Shown one piece after another: positions 18,215-26,979 of a stretch of DNA of 64,000 nt. The translations under genes were made by a program, and so were the position numbers. Numbering within the stretch: position 1 is the first letter of the stretch; every line of letters begins with the position of its first letter. The DNA comes from Eubacteriales bacterium (GTDB taxonomy: Bacteria; Bacillota; Clostridia; Oscillospirales; CAG-272), in contig JAZNAM010000087.1 of assembly GCA_045586515.1 (NCBI GenBank), positions 11,501 to 75,500 on the forward strand, written 5' to 3'. The notes under the pieces are model-generated. The model had not been told where the DNA came from. It did not search any database and worked only from the letters and a program-made list of their open reading frames with translations.

Positions 18215-19387
18215 TCAAGCGCGGTCTATGGTGATCACGGCGAAATAGTTGGGTGCCTCTTCGGCAATGCGTTCCGCCATGGTGGCTTTTAATACGGCGT
18301 CGCTTTGTGAAACCTCAAAGGGAACCGCCATATCAAAAATAAGATTAGTATGTGTCGTGCCGGGCACCATACGGAAATCATGTACGCGGATGCGCGCATC
18401 GATCATCGTGGCAAGCGCAGCAACGCGCGCGTGCCATTCGTCTGTGAGTGCATCCCCCACCACGATGGGGTCGAGGTGAATACTACACTCAATGCCGTGT
18501 TCCTCGCGCAAGCGGCGCTCAATCAGATCAATGGTGTCGTGTGACGCAAAAATATCGTGGTGACCGTCTACTTCTACGTGTAGAGAGGCGAGCGTGCGGC
18601 CGGCGCCGTAATTGTGCACCACAAGATCGTGAATGCCAATCGCATCAGGATACTCAGCTACTACGCGCTCAATGGTTTCTACCGTCTCGGCGCTAGGGGC
18701 TTCGCCAAGAATGGAATTTTTTGTTTCGTTGAGTATTCTGATGCCTGCAACAAAAATAAGAACGGAAACAATAAGACCCATGATGGGGTCGATATAAGGA
18801 GAAAAACCAGCGGGCAGAATGGGTGCCACAAGTGTGGCGATGAGAACGGCGGAAGTGGCAATCGCATCCGAGAGGGAATCGGCGGCAGTTGCACGCAAGA
18901 CGTTGGAATCAATCGTTTTGCCGAGCCTTGCGTTAAAAAGAGCCATCCAAAGTTTGACGATAATTGAGACGGCCAGTATAACTACCGTGACAATGCGAAA
19001 AACGGGGGCTTCGGGGGCAATCAACTTGCCGATGGAACTTTTTACCAGATCAACGCCAACATGCAGAATAAGGAAGGAAACGATCATAGATGCGACGTAT
19101 TCGATGCGTGCGTGCCCAAAGGGATGATCGCGATCCGCCGGTTTTGCCGAAAGCTTGAAGCTCACGAGCGATACCAACGAGGAACCCGCGTCCGAGAGAT
19201 TGTTGACGGCATCGGCGCGAATGGCGACAGAACCTACAAGCGAACCTGCAAGAAATTTGAAGGCGGAGAGCAATACGTTAAGAACGATGCCCGTGACCGA
19301 AGAAAGGGTGCCGTAAGCGCGACGCACGTTTGAGTCTTTGACATTCTCGCTGTTTTTCACGAATAGTCTGGTTAAAAGTTTGATCAT
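18215..19387 (-). CDS. Cation diffusion facilitator (CDF) family metal efflux transporter
   Basis: 390 aa, six TM segments plus a cytoplasmic C-terminal domain. The product has AVNNLSDAGSS, HPFGHARIEY and ADSLSD motifs typical of the CDF family. RBS GAGGTGA. Confidence 0.85.
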   Translation of the reverse strand: MIKLLTRLFVKNSENVKDSNVRRAYGTLSSVTGIVLNVLLSAFKFLAGSLVGSVAIRADAVNNLSDAGSSLVSLVSFKLSAKPADRDHPFGHARIEYVASMIVSFLILHVGVDLVKSSIGKLIAPEAPVFRIVTVVILAVSIIVKLWMALFNARLGKTIDSNVLRATAADSLSDAIATSAVLIATLVAPILPAGFSPYIDPIMGLIVSVLIFVAGIRILNETKNSILGEAPSAETVETIERVVAEYPDAIGIHDLVVHNYGAGRTLASLHVEVDGHHDIFASHDTIDLIERRLREEHGIECSIHLDPIVVGDALTDEWHARVAALATMIDARIRVHDFRMVPGTTHTNLIFDMAVPFEVSQSDAVLKATMAERIAEEAPNYFAVITIDRA

Positions 19388-19403
19388 AGGTTCACCTCAA
19401 GAG

Positions 19404-20798
19404 TTAGAATCTAAAATAGAGAAAAGGATTATATCCCGCATCGGCAAGTGCCGCAATGGACAGCAGAAGGGAGAAAAGGGGAAGCGCGACGTGTAAAACG
19501 GCGCCGTAACGCCGTAAGGAGTGGCGTCTGTACAAGCGGCGTGGCAGAGGAGTCGCTCCGAACGCGCAAAGTGCGAGAATGGGTAAAGCACGTAGTGCAT
19601 CGTACCATTCGGATCGGGCAAGCAGCCCCCCCTCTCCAAATCCTATGAGCGTGAGAAGAAAATGGGGTAGTGCAGAAAGCGAAAGGGCGGGCGTGCTGCC
19701 ATCAAAAGCAAACAGCGTCCAGCCGCCCAGTGTGAGCGCAAAGGTGAGTGGAACGGTGATGCTGTGCGATGTGCGTTCAAGTGTATCGGCAAATACGAAC
19801 TTTTCGAGAATCAAGAGCAGAAAATAATACAGTCCCCAGAGCACAAAGTTCCAATTTGCGCCGTGCCAAAGCCCTGTTAATGTCCAAACGGCAAGCAAAT
19901 TAAGCATTGTTCTTAATAAGCCGCGACGATTGCCTCCGAGCGGGATATAGACATATTCGCGAAAAAAAGAGGAGAGCGTGATGTGCCAACGTCGCCAGAA
20001 GTCAGTGACGCTATGTGCGATATAGGGGTAGTTGAAGTTTTCGGGAAAGCGGAAACCAAAGATGCGGCCAAGACCGATCGCCATATCGGTGTAGCCTGAA
20101 AAATCGAAGTAGATCTGAAAAGAAAATCCGAGAAGCCCAATAAGTGCTCCGAGCGCGGAATATGCACCATCCGCGGCGAAGACCTTGAAGATTTCACCTG
20201 CTGCATTGGCAAGCACTACCTTTTTAGCAAGGCCAACAGCGAAACGCGAGATCCCTGCTGACACGTGGGATGCGTTTGACGTGCGTTGTGTGAGCGCTGC
20301 ATCAACGTCGGTATAACGTACGATGGGTCCGGCAATAAGCTGCGGGAAAAGCGCCACGTAAAGGCATACCGTCAAGGGGTTTTTAGCCGGATTTGCACGT
20401 TTTTGATAGACGTCTGCAACGTAAGAGATCGCTTGAAAGGTGTAAAACGAGATGCCCAGGGGCAAATGAGGAGAAGGCAAACCTAAAAGGGGGGGATATT
20501 TGAAAAGGACGAGTAGGGAAATATCCGATACCACCGCAAAAATGAGCGGTATGCGGGGATGGCGTGCCCGAGGAATCTGCCACGCAAGCAATGCGTTTGA
20601 TAGTGCTATACCGAGAAGCAAAAGCACATAGATGGGTTCACCAAAGGCATAGAAAAACAGGCTCGTGACGAGTAAGACTGCATTTTGCCATGCCAACCGT
20701 TTTTGGGTGTTGCGCACGCGCAAAAGCAGGGGCAAAAAATATAATGCGAGAGTGAGGGGTAAAAACCAAAACAAAAAGAGAAATGAGGAAAACAGCAT
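19404..20798 (-). CDS. MBOAT-family membrane O-acyltransferase (AlgI/DltB-like)
   Basis: Start moved to MLFSSFLFLFWFLP (ATG at comp 20796-20798, RBS GGAGG). The product has the FWRRWHITLSSFFREYVYIPLGGNRRG MBOAT signature including the conserved His. Confidence 0.85.
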   Translation of the reverse strand: MLFSSFLFLFWFLPLTLALYFLPLLLRVRNTQKRLAWQNAVLLVTSLFFYAFGEPIYVLLLLGIALSNALLAWQIPRARHPRIPLIFAVVSDISLLVLFKYPPLLGLPSPHLPLGISFYTFQAISYVADVYQKRANPAKNPLTVCLYVALFPQLIAGPIVRYTDVDAALTQRTSNASHVSAGISRFAVGLAKKVVLANAAGEIFKVFAADGAYSALGALIGLLGFSFQIYFDFSGYTDMAIGLGRIFGFRFPENFNYPYIAHSVTDFWRRWHITLSSFFREYVYIPLGGNRRGLLRTMLNLLAVWTLTGLWHGANWNFVLWGLYYFLLLILEKFVFADTLERTSHSITVPLTFALTLGGWTLFAFDGSTPALSLSALPHFLLTLIGFGEGGLLARSEWYDALRALPILALCAFGATPLPRRLYRRHSLRRYGAVLHVALPLFSLLLSIAALADAGYNPFLYFRF

Positions 20799-20891
20799 AG
20801 TGACGCCTCCGATTGCATACTTGCCGTTATTTTTCTCTCTTCTGTGCCAAAGGATACCTCTCGCATGACTGTTCTGTAATCCTAACAATAC

Positions 20892-20922
20892 AAAAAGGCC
20901 CTACCACAAAGGGTAAGGGCCT
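20892..20922 (-). terminator. Intrinsic terminator after tRNA-Thr
   Basis: On the minus strand: AGGCCCT(T)ACC-CTTTGT-GGTAGGGCCT followed by TTTTTG. Confidence 0.8.
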
Positions 20923-20929
20923 CTTTGTT

Positions 20930-21004
20930 TGGAGCTGGTGGAGAGATTCGAACTCTCGACCTGCTGATTACGAATCAGCTGCACTACCCCTGTGCTACAC
21001 CAGC
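20930..21004 (-). tRNA. tRNA-Thr (anticodon CGT)
   Basis: Hand-folded 75-nt cloverleaf. Acceptor GCTGGTG/CACCAGC, D stem GCAC/GTGC, anticodon loop TTCGTAA, T arm GAGAG-TTCGAAT-CTCTC, encoded CCA. Confidence 0.92.
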
Positions 21005-21015
21005 ATAACGGTGAC

Positions 21016-21044
21016 ATTATAGCATATCTTTTTTTATTTTGCAA
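21016..21044 (-). promoter_or_regulatory. Sigma-A type promoter of tRNA-Thr
   Basis: On the minus strand: TTGCAA (21044-21039), 17-nt spacer, TATAAT (21021-16). The -10 lies about 12 nt upstream of the tRNA 5' end. Confidence 0.7.
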
Positions 21045-21122
21045 GCCCTTTTTTAAAAAAATAGGCAGACAACCGAAAGAAAATGTGATACAATATGTAG
21101 GAAAGAGGGGAGGGATATCCAC

Positions 21123-21572
21123 GTGAATGAGCAAACCGAGCTTTTCTGTATGCAGTATATGATGCGCCGCGAGGAGGTTTGTCGCGTGGCGGATATCTTT
21201 GCCAAGGCGTTGGATGAAGATCATCGCGTGAATGCAGACATGTTTGATGTTAAGAGAACAACCTTTTCGGACAACCCTCATGCCAATGCAACGATGCGCG
21301 CGCTTGAGGAGGAACTCGCCGCGCGCGATCTGTCATTTTTGTGCTTGCTTGCGGCATTGCTTCGTGCGGGTGCAGATTTCGTACTGGATCTGGCAGATTT
21401 TGAAACACCGATGGCGTTTGCAGATGCTGCCGCTCACGAATTTGCTATTGCCGAGGCAAGATATACGGATGCAGGATATCTTGCAAGTGAGCTTACCGCG
21501 CCTAAAGCGGAGCATCAGGTAAAGCGACTCCGCGCCGCTATTGCGCAGATGCGCGCTCTTTTGGCGAACTGA
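21123..21572 (+). CDS. Hypothetical protein (149 aa, Ala-rich, soluble)
   Basis: GTG start 8 nt after RBS GGGGAGGG and followed by a strong terminator. No recognisable motif. Confidence 0.5.
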   Translation: MNEQTELFCMQYMMRREEVCRVADIFAKALDEDHRVNADMFDVKRTTFSDNPHANATMRALEEELAARDLSFLCLLAALLRAGADFVLDLADFETPMAFADAAAHEFAIAEARYTDAGYLASELTAPKAEHQVKRLRAAIAQMRALLAN

Positions 21573-21577
21573 ATATG

Positions 21578-21611
21578 CACCCCGTTGCCATGGCAACGGG
21601 GTGTTCTTTTT
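21578..21611 (+). terminator. Intrinsic terminator
   Basis: 13-bp palindrome CACCCCGTTGCCA/TGGCAACGGGGTG followed by TTCTTTTT. Confidence 0.85.
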
Positions 21612-21642
21612 ATGCTTTAGCCTTCATAAGATGGGATAACTG

Positions 21643-24306
21643 ATGGAAAGAGAGGCATGCGGCATGGCGCAAACGAAGCAAAAAAAGAGAGAGGGGTTAA
21701 GCGAGGATGAAGTGATTGCCTCGCGCGCGCGATATGGGAGCAACCAGATCGCGGCGCTTTCCCGTCGTGGATTTTGGCGCATGTTTCTTGCCAATCTGGG
21801 TGATCCCGTTATCAAGGTTTTGCTTTTTGCACTGGTTTTGCACATCGTTTTGCTTTTTCGCGATCCCGATTGGTTGGAAACATCGGGGATCGCGGTTTCC
21901 GTGTTGCTTGCCACGCTGATTTCTACACTTTCGGAATATAAGGGCGAGCGCGCGTTTTCTCGTTTGCAGGAAAGCTGTGGGGCATCGCGTTGCCGCGTAC
22001 GCCGTCATCGCATATGCGAGGTTGATGCTACGGAGCTTGTGGTGGGTGATATTGTTTTGCTTGGCGCAGGCGAGAAGATTCCTGCGGACGGTATTGTACT
22101 GCATGGCGAGGTTACGGTGGATCAATCGGCGCTCACGGGGGAGAGCCGCGAGGTAACAAAGCGCCCCTGGAGAGAGGGGGAGGCGTGTGACCCCGAAAGC
22201 GCAGGGGCGTTGCTTTCAGGTTGCGCCGTGCTTTCGGGCGAGGCGGAGATGCAGATCATGCGCGTGGGTGATAAAACCTTTCTCGGCGGCATTTCGGGTG
22301 AGTTGCAGACCGAAACCCGCGAAAGCCCACTCAAATTACGTCTGGCGCGTCTTGCGGGGCAAATCAGCCGAATTGGTTATGTAGCGGCTGCCATTTGCGC
22401 GCTCGCTTATTTATTCAACGTGTTTTGCGTGGATGCGGGGTTTGACCGCGTGGTTATGTTATCGCGTATGCGGGATCTGCCTTTTCTTGCAGAATCATTG
22501 CTGCATGCGTTTACGCTCGCGCTGACTGTGGTGGTGGTGGCGGTGCCAGAGGGGTTGCCAATGATGATCGCGGTGGTACTCTCCTCAAACATTCGCCGAA
22601 TGGTGCGAGATCACGTGTTAGTGCGCAAACCTGCTGGTCTGGAGGCGGCAGGGAGCATGAACATTCTTTTTACCGACAAAACGGGTACACTTACGTGTGG
22701 AAAATTGAGCGTGCAAACTTTTGTTGCTTGCGAGGGTGAGTATGCAAGTGCGCGTGTAATCGAAAAACGTGCACCTGCATTATTTGCACGGCTCACTCTC
22801 GCCGCGCACGCGAATTCCGGGGCGTTACGTGGCGAGCGTGACGGTGCCGCGGTGGCGCTTGGCGGGAACAGCACAGATAGGGCACTACTCACGTCCTTCC
22901 TTTACAAGGAGCCCCCTATTTACGAGGCTTTGCGCCGTGTGCCGTTTGACAGCGTTCGCAAATATGCTACCGTAACACTTGCGGATGGTAGCGTTTTTGT
23001 AACGGGAGCTCCCGAACGTCTTTTGTCGCGCGTACGCTGGGGAATGACCGCTGACGGCGCGTGGGGAGGATTTCACAAGGCGGCATTTTGCGAATGTTTG
23101 GACGCTCACGCCAAACGGGGTGAGCGCGTTGTACTTATTTGCGAGGCGGATCCTGTTTTGGGGAATGAAGACAATGCCCCTCTTTGTGTGCTTGCCGCCG
23201 TTGCTTTTTGTGACCCGCTTCGCCCCGATGCGAGGGATGCCGTGCGCACATTGCGCGGCGCAGGCGTGCAGGTGGTGATGGTGACGGGTGATAGTCGCGA
23301 CACCGCCGCTTCGCTTGCCACTGCGTGCGGAATTGCGGGGAGTGACTCTATAGTTGTGACAGGTGAGGAGCTTGCGGCCCTTTCAGATGAGGAGGTGACG
23401 GCGATTTTGCCGCGACTTGCCGTGGTGGCGCGTGCTTTGCCGCGCGATAAGAGCCGTTTGGTACGACTGGCTGGTGGCGTCGGGTTGGTTGTTGGCATGA
23501 CGGGGGATGGGATCAACGATGCCCCCGCGCTCAAGGCGGCAGACGTGGGCTTTGCTATGGGCAGTGGTACGCAGGTGGCAAAGGAAGCGGGGGACGTGGT
23601 GATCCTTGACGATAACCTTGCGTCGATTTGTCGAGCAGTGCTATATGGGCGAACCATTTTTAAGAGCATCCGTAAGTTTATCACGTTACAGTTGGTAATG
23701 AATTTTTGCGCAGTCGGCATCTCCGTCATTGGGCCGTTCCTTGGTGTAGATGCTCCTGTCACGGTAGTGCAAATGCTTTGGATCAATCTCATCATGGATA
23801 CGCTTGGTGGACTCGCTTTTGCCGGAGAGCCGCCCATGGCGTACTATATGAAGGAAAAGCCCAAACGGCGTGAGGAACCGATTCTCACGCGTGCGCTTTC
23901 GTGTCGGATTGCGGTGATGAGCACCATCACGGTCGCGCTTTCTGTATTCTTCCTTTGTGCGCCTTTTGTACGCGCGCAGTATAGAGAAAGCGAAGGAGAT
24001 ATCGTGTTTTTGACCGCATTCTTCGCACTCTTTATTTTTGCTTCGCTTTTCAATTGCTTTGCTGCGCGCACTGATCGCGTGCGCATGCTGTTAGGACTTA
24101 CCGCCAACCGCGCTTTTTGTGTGATCATTGCGGCAGTTGGCACCGTACAGATCCTGTTTATTTATCTGGGCGGTGCAGTGTTGCGCACGGTGCCGCTTAC
24201 CCCGCGAGAACTGCTTGTCACGCTGGCGTTCTCTCTTTGCGTGTTACCTGTTTCCTGGTTGCATCTTGCGCATAGACGCTTATCCGGAAAAGCATCGCTA
24301 TATTGA
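21643..24306 (+). CDS. P-type ATPase, Ca2+-transporting (type II) family
   Basis: Phosphorylation motif DKTGTLT, hinge GDGINDAPALKAADVGFAMG, MVTGDSRDTA. About 10 TM segments. The ATG at 21664 (RBS GAGAGG) is an alternative start. Confidence 0.88.
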   Translation: MEREACGMAQTKQKKREGLSEDEVIASRARYGSNQIAALSRRGFWRMFLANLGDPVIKVLLFALVLHIVLLFRDPDWLETSGIAVSVLLATLISTLSEYKGERAFSRLQESCGASRCRVRRHRICEVDATELVVGDIVLLGAGEKIPADGIVLHGEVTVDQSALTGESREVTKRPWREGEACDPESAGALLSGCAVLSGEAEMQIMRVGDKTFLGGISGELQTETRESPLKLRLARLAGQISRIGYVAAAICALAYLFNVFCVDAGFDRVVMLSRMRDLPFLAESLLHAFTLALTVVVVAVPEGLPMMIAVVLSSNIRRMVRDHVLVRKPAGLEAAGSMNILFTDKTGTLTCGKLSVQTFVACEGEYASARVIEKRAPALFARLTLAAHANSGALRGERDGAAVALGGNSTDRALLTSFLYKEPPIYEALRRVPFDSVRKYATVTLADGSVFVTGAPERLLSRVRWGMTADGAWGGFHKAAFCECLDAHAKRGERVVLICEADPVLGNEDNAPLCVLAAVAFCDPLRPDARDAVRTLRGAGVQVVMVTGDSRDTAASLATACGIAGSDSIVVTGEELAALSDEEVTAILPRLAVVARALPRDKSRLVRLAGGVGLVVGMTGDGINDAPALKAADVGFAMGSGTQVAKEAGDVVILDDNLASICRAVLYGRTIFKSIRKFITLQLVMNFCAVGISVIGPFLGVDAPVTVVQMLWINLIMDTLGGLAFAGEPPMAYYMKEKPKRREEPILTRALSCRIAVMSTITVALSVFFLCAPFVRAQYRESEGDIVFLTAFFALFIFASLFNCFAARTDRVRMLLGLTANRAFCVIIAAVGTVQILFIYLGGAVLRTVPLTPRELLVTLAFSLCVLPVSWLHLAHRRLSGKASLY

Positions 24307-24308
24307 AA

Positions 24309-24338
24309 GAAAAGAGGGCGCGGGCCCTCTTTTCTCGT
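24309..24338 (+). terminator. Intrinsic terminator after the P-type ATPase gene
   Basis: 11-bp stem GAAAAGAGGGC/GCCCTCTTTTC (24309-19/24324-34). Confidence 0.8.
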
Positions 24339-24412
24339 ATTGCATTTTTTCCGTTGCTGTGTTATAATGAGACGGTGGAAAACGAATAATAAGAAAAAAT
24401 GAAAGAGGATGT

Positions 24413-25336
24413 ATGCAGGGCGTTTGTTTGTTGCAATTTAAGCCGCTCGGACGTGCCGATCTTGCGATGCTTACCCCGTATTTCAGGGGGAAGGGCGCGG
24501 TCGTAGCGGATTATTCCGTATTATATTTTTATATGTGGAATGGCTTTTTGCGCACAGAATATGCGTTTGAGGACGATACACTGTATCTGCGTCGCAACAC
24601 GCGCCACGGCGTTTTTTACTATCCGCCACTTCGGCGCAATTGTGACGATCTGCTCGCAAACATTTCGTGTCTTTCACGCGTGACCGACGAGAAAACGGTA
24701 TCGCTGTGTGCCATCCCCGAGCATGAGGTGGAGCGCGTGGAACGCTCCTTTGCGGTGTTGGAAAAGGACACGTCGCGCCGATGGGCGGACTATATTTATG
24801 CCGCCGAGGATCTCGCCACCTTGCGTGGTCATCGTTACAACAAGAAGCGAAATTTGGTCAATCAGTTCAAAAAGCTTTACGGGGGACGTAGTTACGAGCC
24901 GCTTACAAGCGAAAACGTGGACGATGCCGTTGACCTACTCCGCCGCATCATGGATGTAAGCGATATGAGCGAGGATGAGCGCTTTGAAAACGAGCGTGTG
25001 CTTGAGGTGCTCGCAGACTACGGCAAGTTGCCGCTTTGCGGTGGCCTTGTGCGCGTAGACGGTGTTACGGTTGCATTCTGCGTTGCGGAACGCATTGACG
25101 ACGTGCTTGTGGTGCACATTGAAAAAGCAGATCGCGCTTATAAGGGCGCATATCAGTATATCAATTATCGCTTTGCAAGGGAGCAATATGCCGACGGTTC
25201 TCTTGCTTTTATCAATCGTGAGGATGATACGGGTGACGAGGGGTTGCGTCACGCCAAGCTTTCCTATTTCCCCGTGAACATTCTCCACAAGTATCGTATG
25301 GTGCTGAAAAACGACTTTGGAGGTGGAGCAGAATGA
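24413..25336 (+). CDS. DUF2156 domain protein (stand-alone homologue of the C-terminal domain of aminoacyl-phosphatidylglycerol synthase; GNAT-like fold)
   Basis: 307 aa. The pattern WADYIYAAEDLATLRGHRYNKKRNLVNQFKKLY is characteristic of DUF2156/LPG_synthase_C as I remember it. Promoter TTGCAT-N17-TATAAT lies upstream. Confidence 0.6.
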   Translation: MQGVCLLQFKPLGRADLAMLTPYFRGKGAVVADYSVLYFYMWNGFLRTEYAFEDDTLYLRRNTRHGVFYYPPLRRNCDDLLANISCLSRVTDEKTVSLCAIPEHEVERVERSFAVLEKDTSRRWADYIYAAEDLATLRGHRYNKKRNLVNQFKKLYGGRSYEPLTSENVDDAVDLLRRIMDVSDMSEDERFENERVLEVLADYGKLPLCGGLVRVDGVTVAFCVAERIDDVLVVHIEKADRAYKGAYQYINYRFAREQYADGSLAFINREDDTGDEGLRHAKLSYFPVNILHKYRMVLKNDFGGGAE

Positions 25337-26280
25337 AAATCGTGATGTTGGATGCGGGCACCCTTGGTGCCGATCTTGACCTATCTCCCGTGACCTCGCT
25401 CGGCGAGGTTGACGTATACGTTTCCACGACGGAAAGTGAGGTTGTGGCGCGTCTTGCAGATGCCGACGTGGCGGTGCTCAACAAGATCAAAATGACGCGC
25501 ACAGTGTTGGAGTCGCTTCCTGCGCTGAAACTTATTTGCGTGACGGCTACGGGTTACGACAATATTGATCTTGATTGCTGTCGCGAGCGTGGTATTACGC
25601 TTTGTAACGTTCCTGCTTATTCCACCGACAGCGTGGCACAGGTCACGGTTGCCATGGCGCTTTCACTTGCTACACATCTGTCTGCCTATCGCACACACGT
25701 GCACGAAGGGCGTTATGCGGCATCGGGCGTTGCCAATCACCTCACCCCCGTGTATCACGAACTGTCTTCCATGACCTGGGGCGTTGTAGGTGGTGGCAAT
25801 ATTGGCGCCAAGGTTGCTGGGGTTGCCGCGGCACTTGGGTGCCGTGTGCTCGTTACACGTCGTCAAATGGATCCCGTATATCCTACGGTGGATATTGATA
25901 CGCTTTTGCGAGAATCAGACGTTGTATCACTGCATTTGCCTCTTACCGAGAGCACGCGCGGTATGATTGATGCTACGCGCATCGCCTCAATGAAAAAGGG
26001 GGCGATTTTTATTAACGTGGCGCGCGGTGCTGTGACGGACGAGGAAGCGCTTGCGCATGCCATTGAAACGGGACATCTCGGAGGCTTGGGCGTGGATGTA
26101 TTTACCACGGAACCTTTTTTGGCGGATCATCCGTTTTCGCGTATTCTTGGGCGAGACAACGTGGTACTTACGCCACATATGGCATGGGGCTCGTTCGAAG
26201 CAAGAACGCGTTGCCTTGCCACTGTTTCCGAAAACATTACGGGATTTTTCGCAGACAATCCGAAAAATAAAATTGTTTAA
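25333..26280 (+). CDS. D-isomer-specific 2-hydroxyacid dehydrogenase (glycerate dehydrogenase/hydroxypyruvate reductase-like)
   Basis: ATGA overlap with the DUF2156 gene. NAD-binding GVVGGGNIGAKVA. Catalytic-region motifs NVARG...D and TPHMAWGS. Confidence 0.85.
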   Translation: MKIVMLDAGTLGADLDLSPVTSLGEVDVYVSTTESEVVARLADADVAVLNKIKMTRTVLESLPALKLICVTATGYDNIDLDCCRERGITLCNVPAYSTDSVAQVTVAMALSLATHLSAYRTHVHEGRYAASGVANHLTPVYHELSSMTWGVVGGGNIGAKVAGVAAALGCRVLVTRRQMDPVYPTVDIDTLLRESDVVSLHLPLTESTRGMIDATRIASMKKGAIFINVARGAVTDEEALAHAIETGHLGGLGVDVFTTEPFLADHPFSRILGRDNVVLTPHMAWGSFEARTRCLATVSENITGFFADNPKNKIV

Positions 26281-26289
26281 TAAAACCAC

Positions 26290-26318
26290 TTGACTTTGCT
26301 ATGGCTGTGCGCTATAAT
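26290..26318 (+). promoter_or_regulatory. Sigma-A type promoter of the glpP operon
   Basis: TTGACT 26290-26295, 17-nt spacer, TATAAT 26313-26318. Confidence 0.7.
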
Positions 26319-26337
26319 AAGAGTACTGTGGAGTTAT

Positions 26338-26388
26338 GGAGATACAGGAACATACCAAGGGATGGGTGTGTCTTGTGTCTCCTTTTTT
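26338..26388 (+). terminator. Leader terminator upstream of glpP (candidate GlpP antitermination target)
   Basis: 11-bp stem GGAGATACAGG/CTTGTGTCTCC (two G-U pairs) followed by TTTTTT. Lies between the promoter and the glpP RBS. Confidence 0.65.
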
Positions 26389-26409
26389 ATTTGAGTCGAG
26401 GTGAAGGAT

Positions 26410-26970
26410 ATGAACAAACAACAATTGCTGGATCGTCTTGCTGACTGCCCCGTGATTGCAGCCGTGGGCGAAGACGGATTTGAGGCGGCACTCGCCTCGC
26501 CTGTCGAAGTCATTTTCTGTTTGCGTGCCAACATTTTAACCATGCCGCATTACATCGAAAAGGCACATGCAGCGGGAAAGGCTATTTTTGTGCATGTTGA
26601 TCTCGCGGACGGTATTGGGCGCGATCGCGCAGGGCTCTCGTATCTCGCCTCGCTCGGCGCGGACGGCGTAATCAGCACACGCACGCAACTGGTGCGCGCG
26701 GCGAGAGAGGAAGGGCTGCTTACGGTGCAACGCTTCTTTGCACTGGATTCACAGGGACTTGTCAGCATGGAAGAAACGCTGGGCGGAGCCGCTTCGGATT
26801 TGGTGGAGATCATGCCGGGTGTCATAGGCAAGGTCGTCGTGCGTGTGGCAAGAGGAAATGCCCCTGTAATTGCGGGGGGGTTAATCGAAACGAAAGACGA
26901 GCTTCTTGGCGCGTTGTCGCACGGTGCGCTTGCTGTGTCAACGGGCAAAAAAGAGCTTTGGTATATGTGA
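26410..26970 (+). CDS. glpP: Glycerol-3-phosphate-responsive antiterminator GlpP
   Basis: MNKQQLLDRLADCPVIAAV...IFVHVDLADGIGRD...GADGVISTR...IAGGLI matches the GlpP/G3P_antiterm family by eye. RBS GAGGTGAAGGA. Confidence 0.8.
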   Translation: MNKQQLLDRLADCPVIAAVGEDGFEAALASPVEVIFCLRANILTMPHYIEKAHAAGKAIFVHVDLADGIGRDRAGLSYLASLGADGVISTRTQLVRAAREEGLLTVQRFFALDSQGLVSMEETLGGAASDLVEIMPGVIGKVVVRVARGNAPVIAGGLIETKDELLGALSHGALAVSTGKKELWYM

Positions 26971-26979
26971 GGTATAGTA

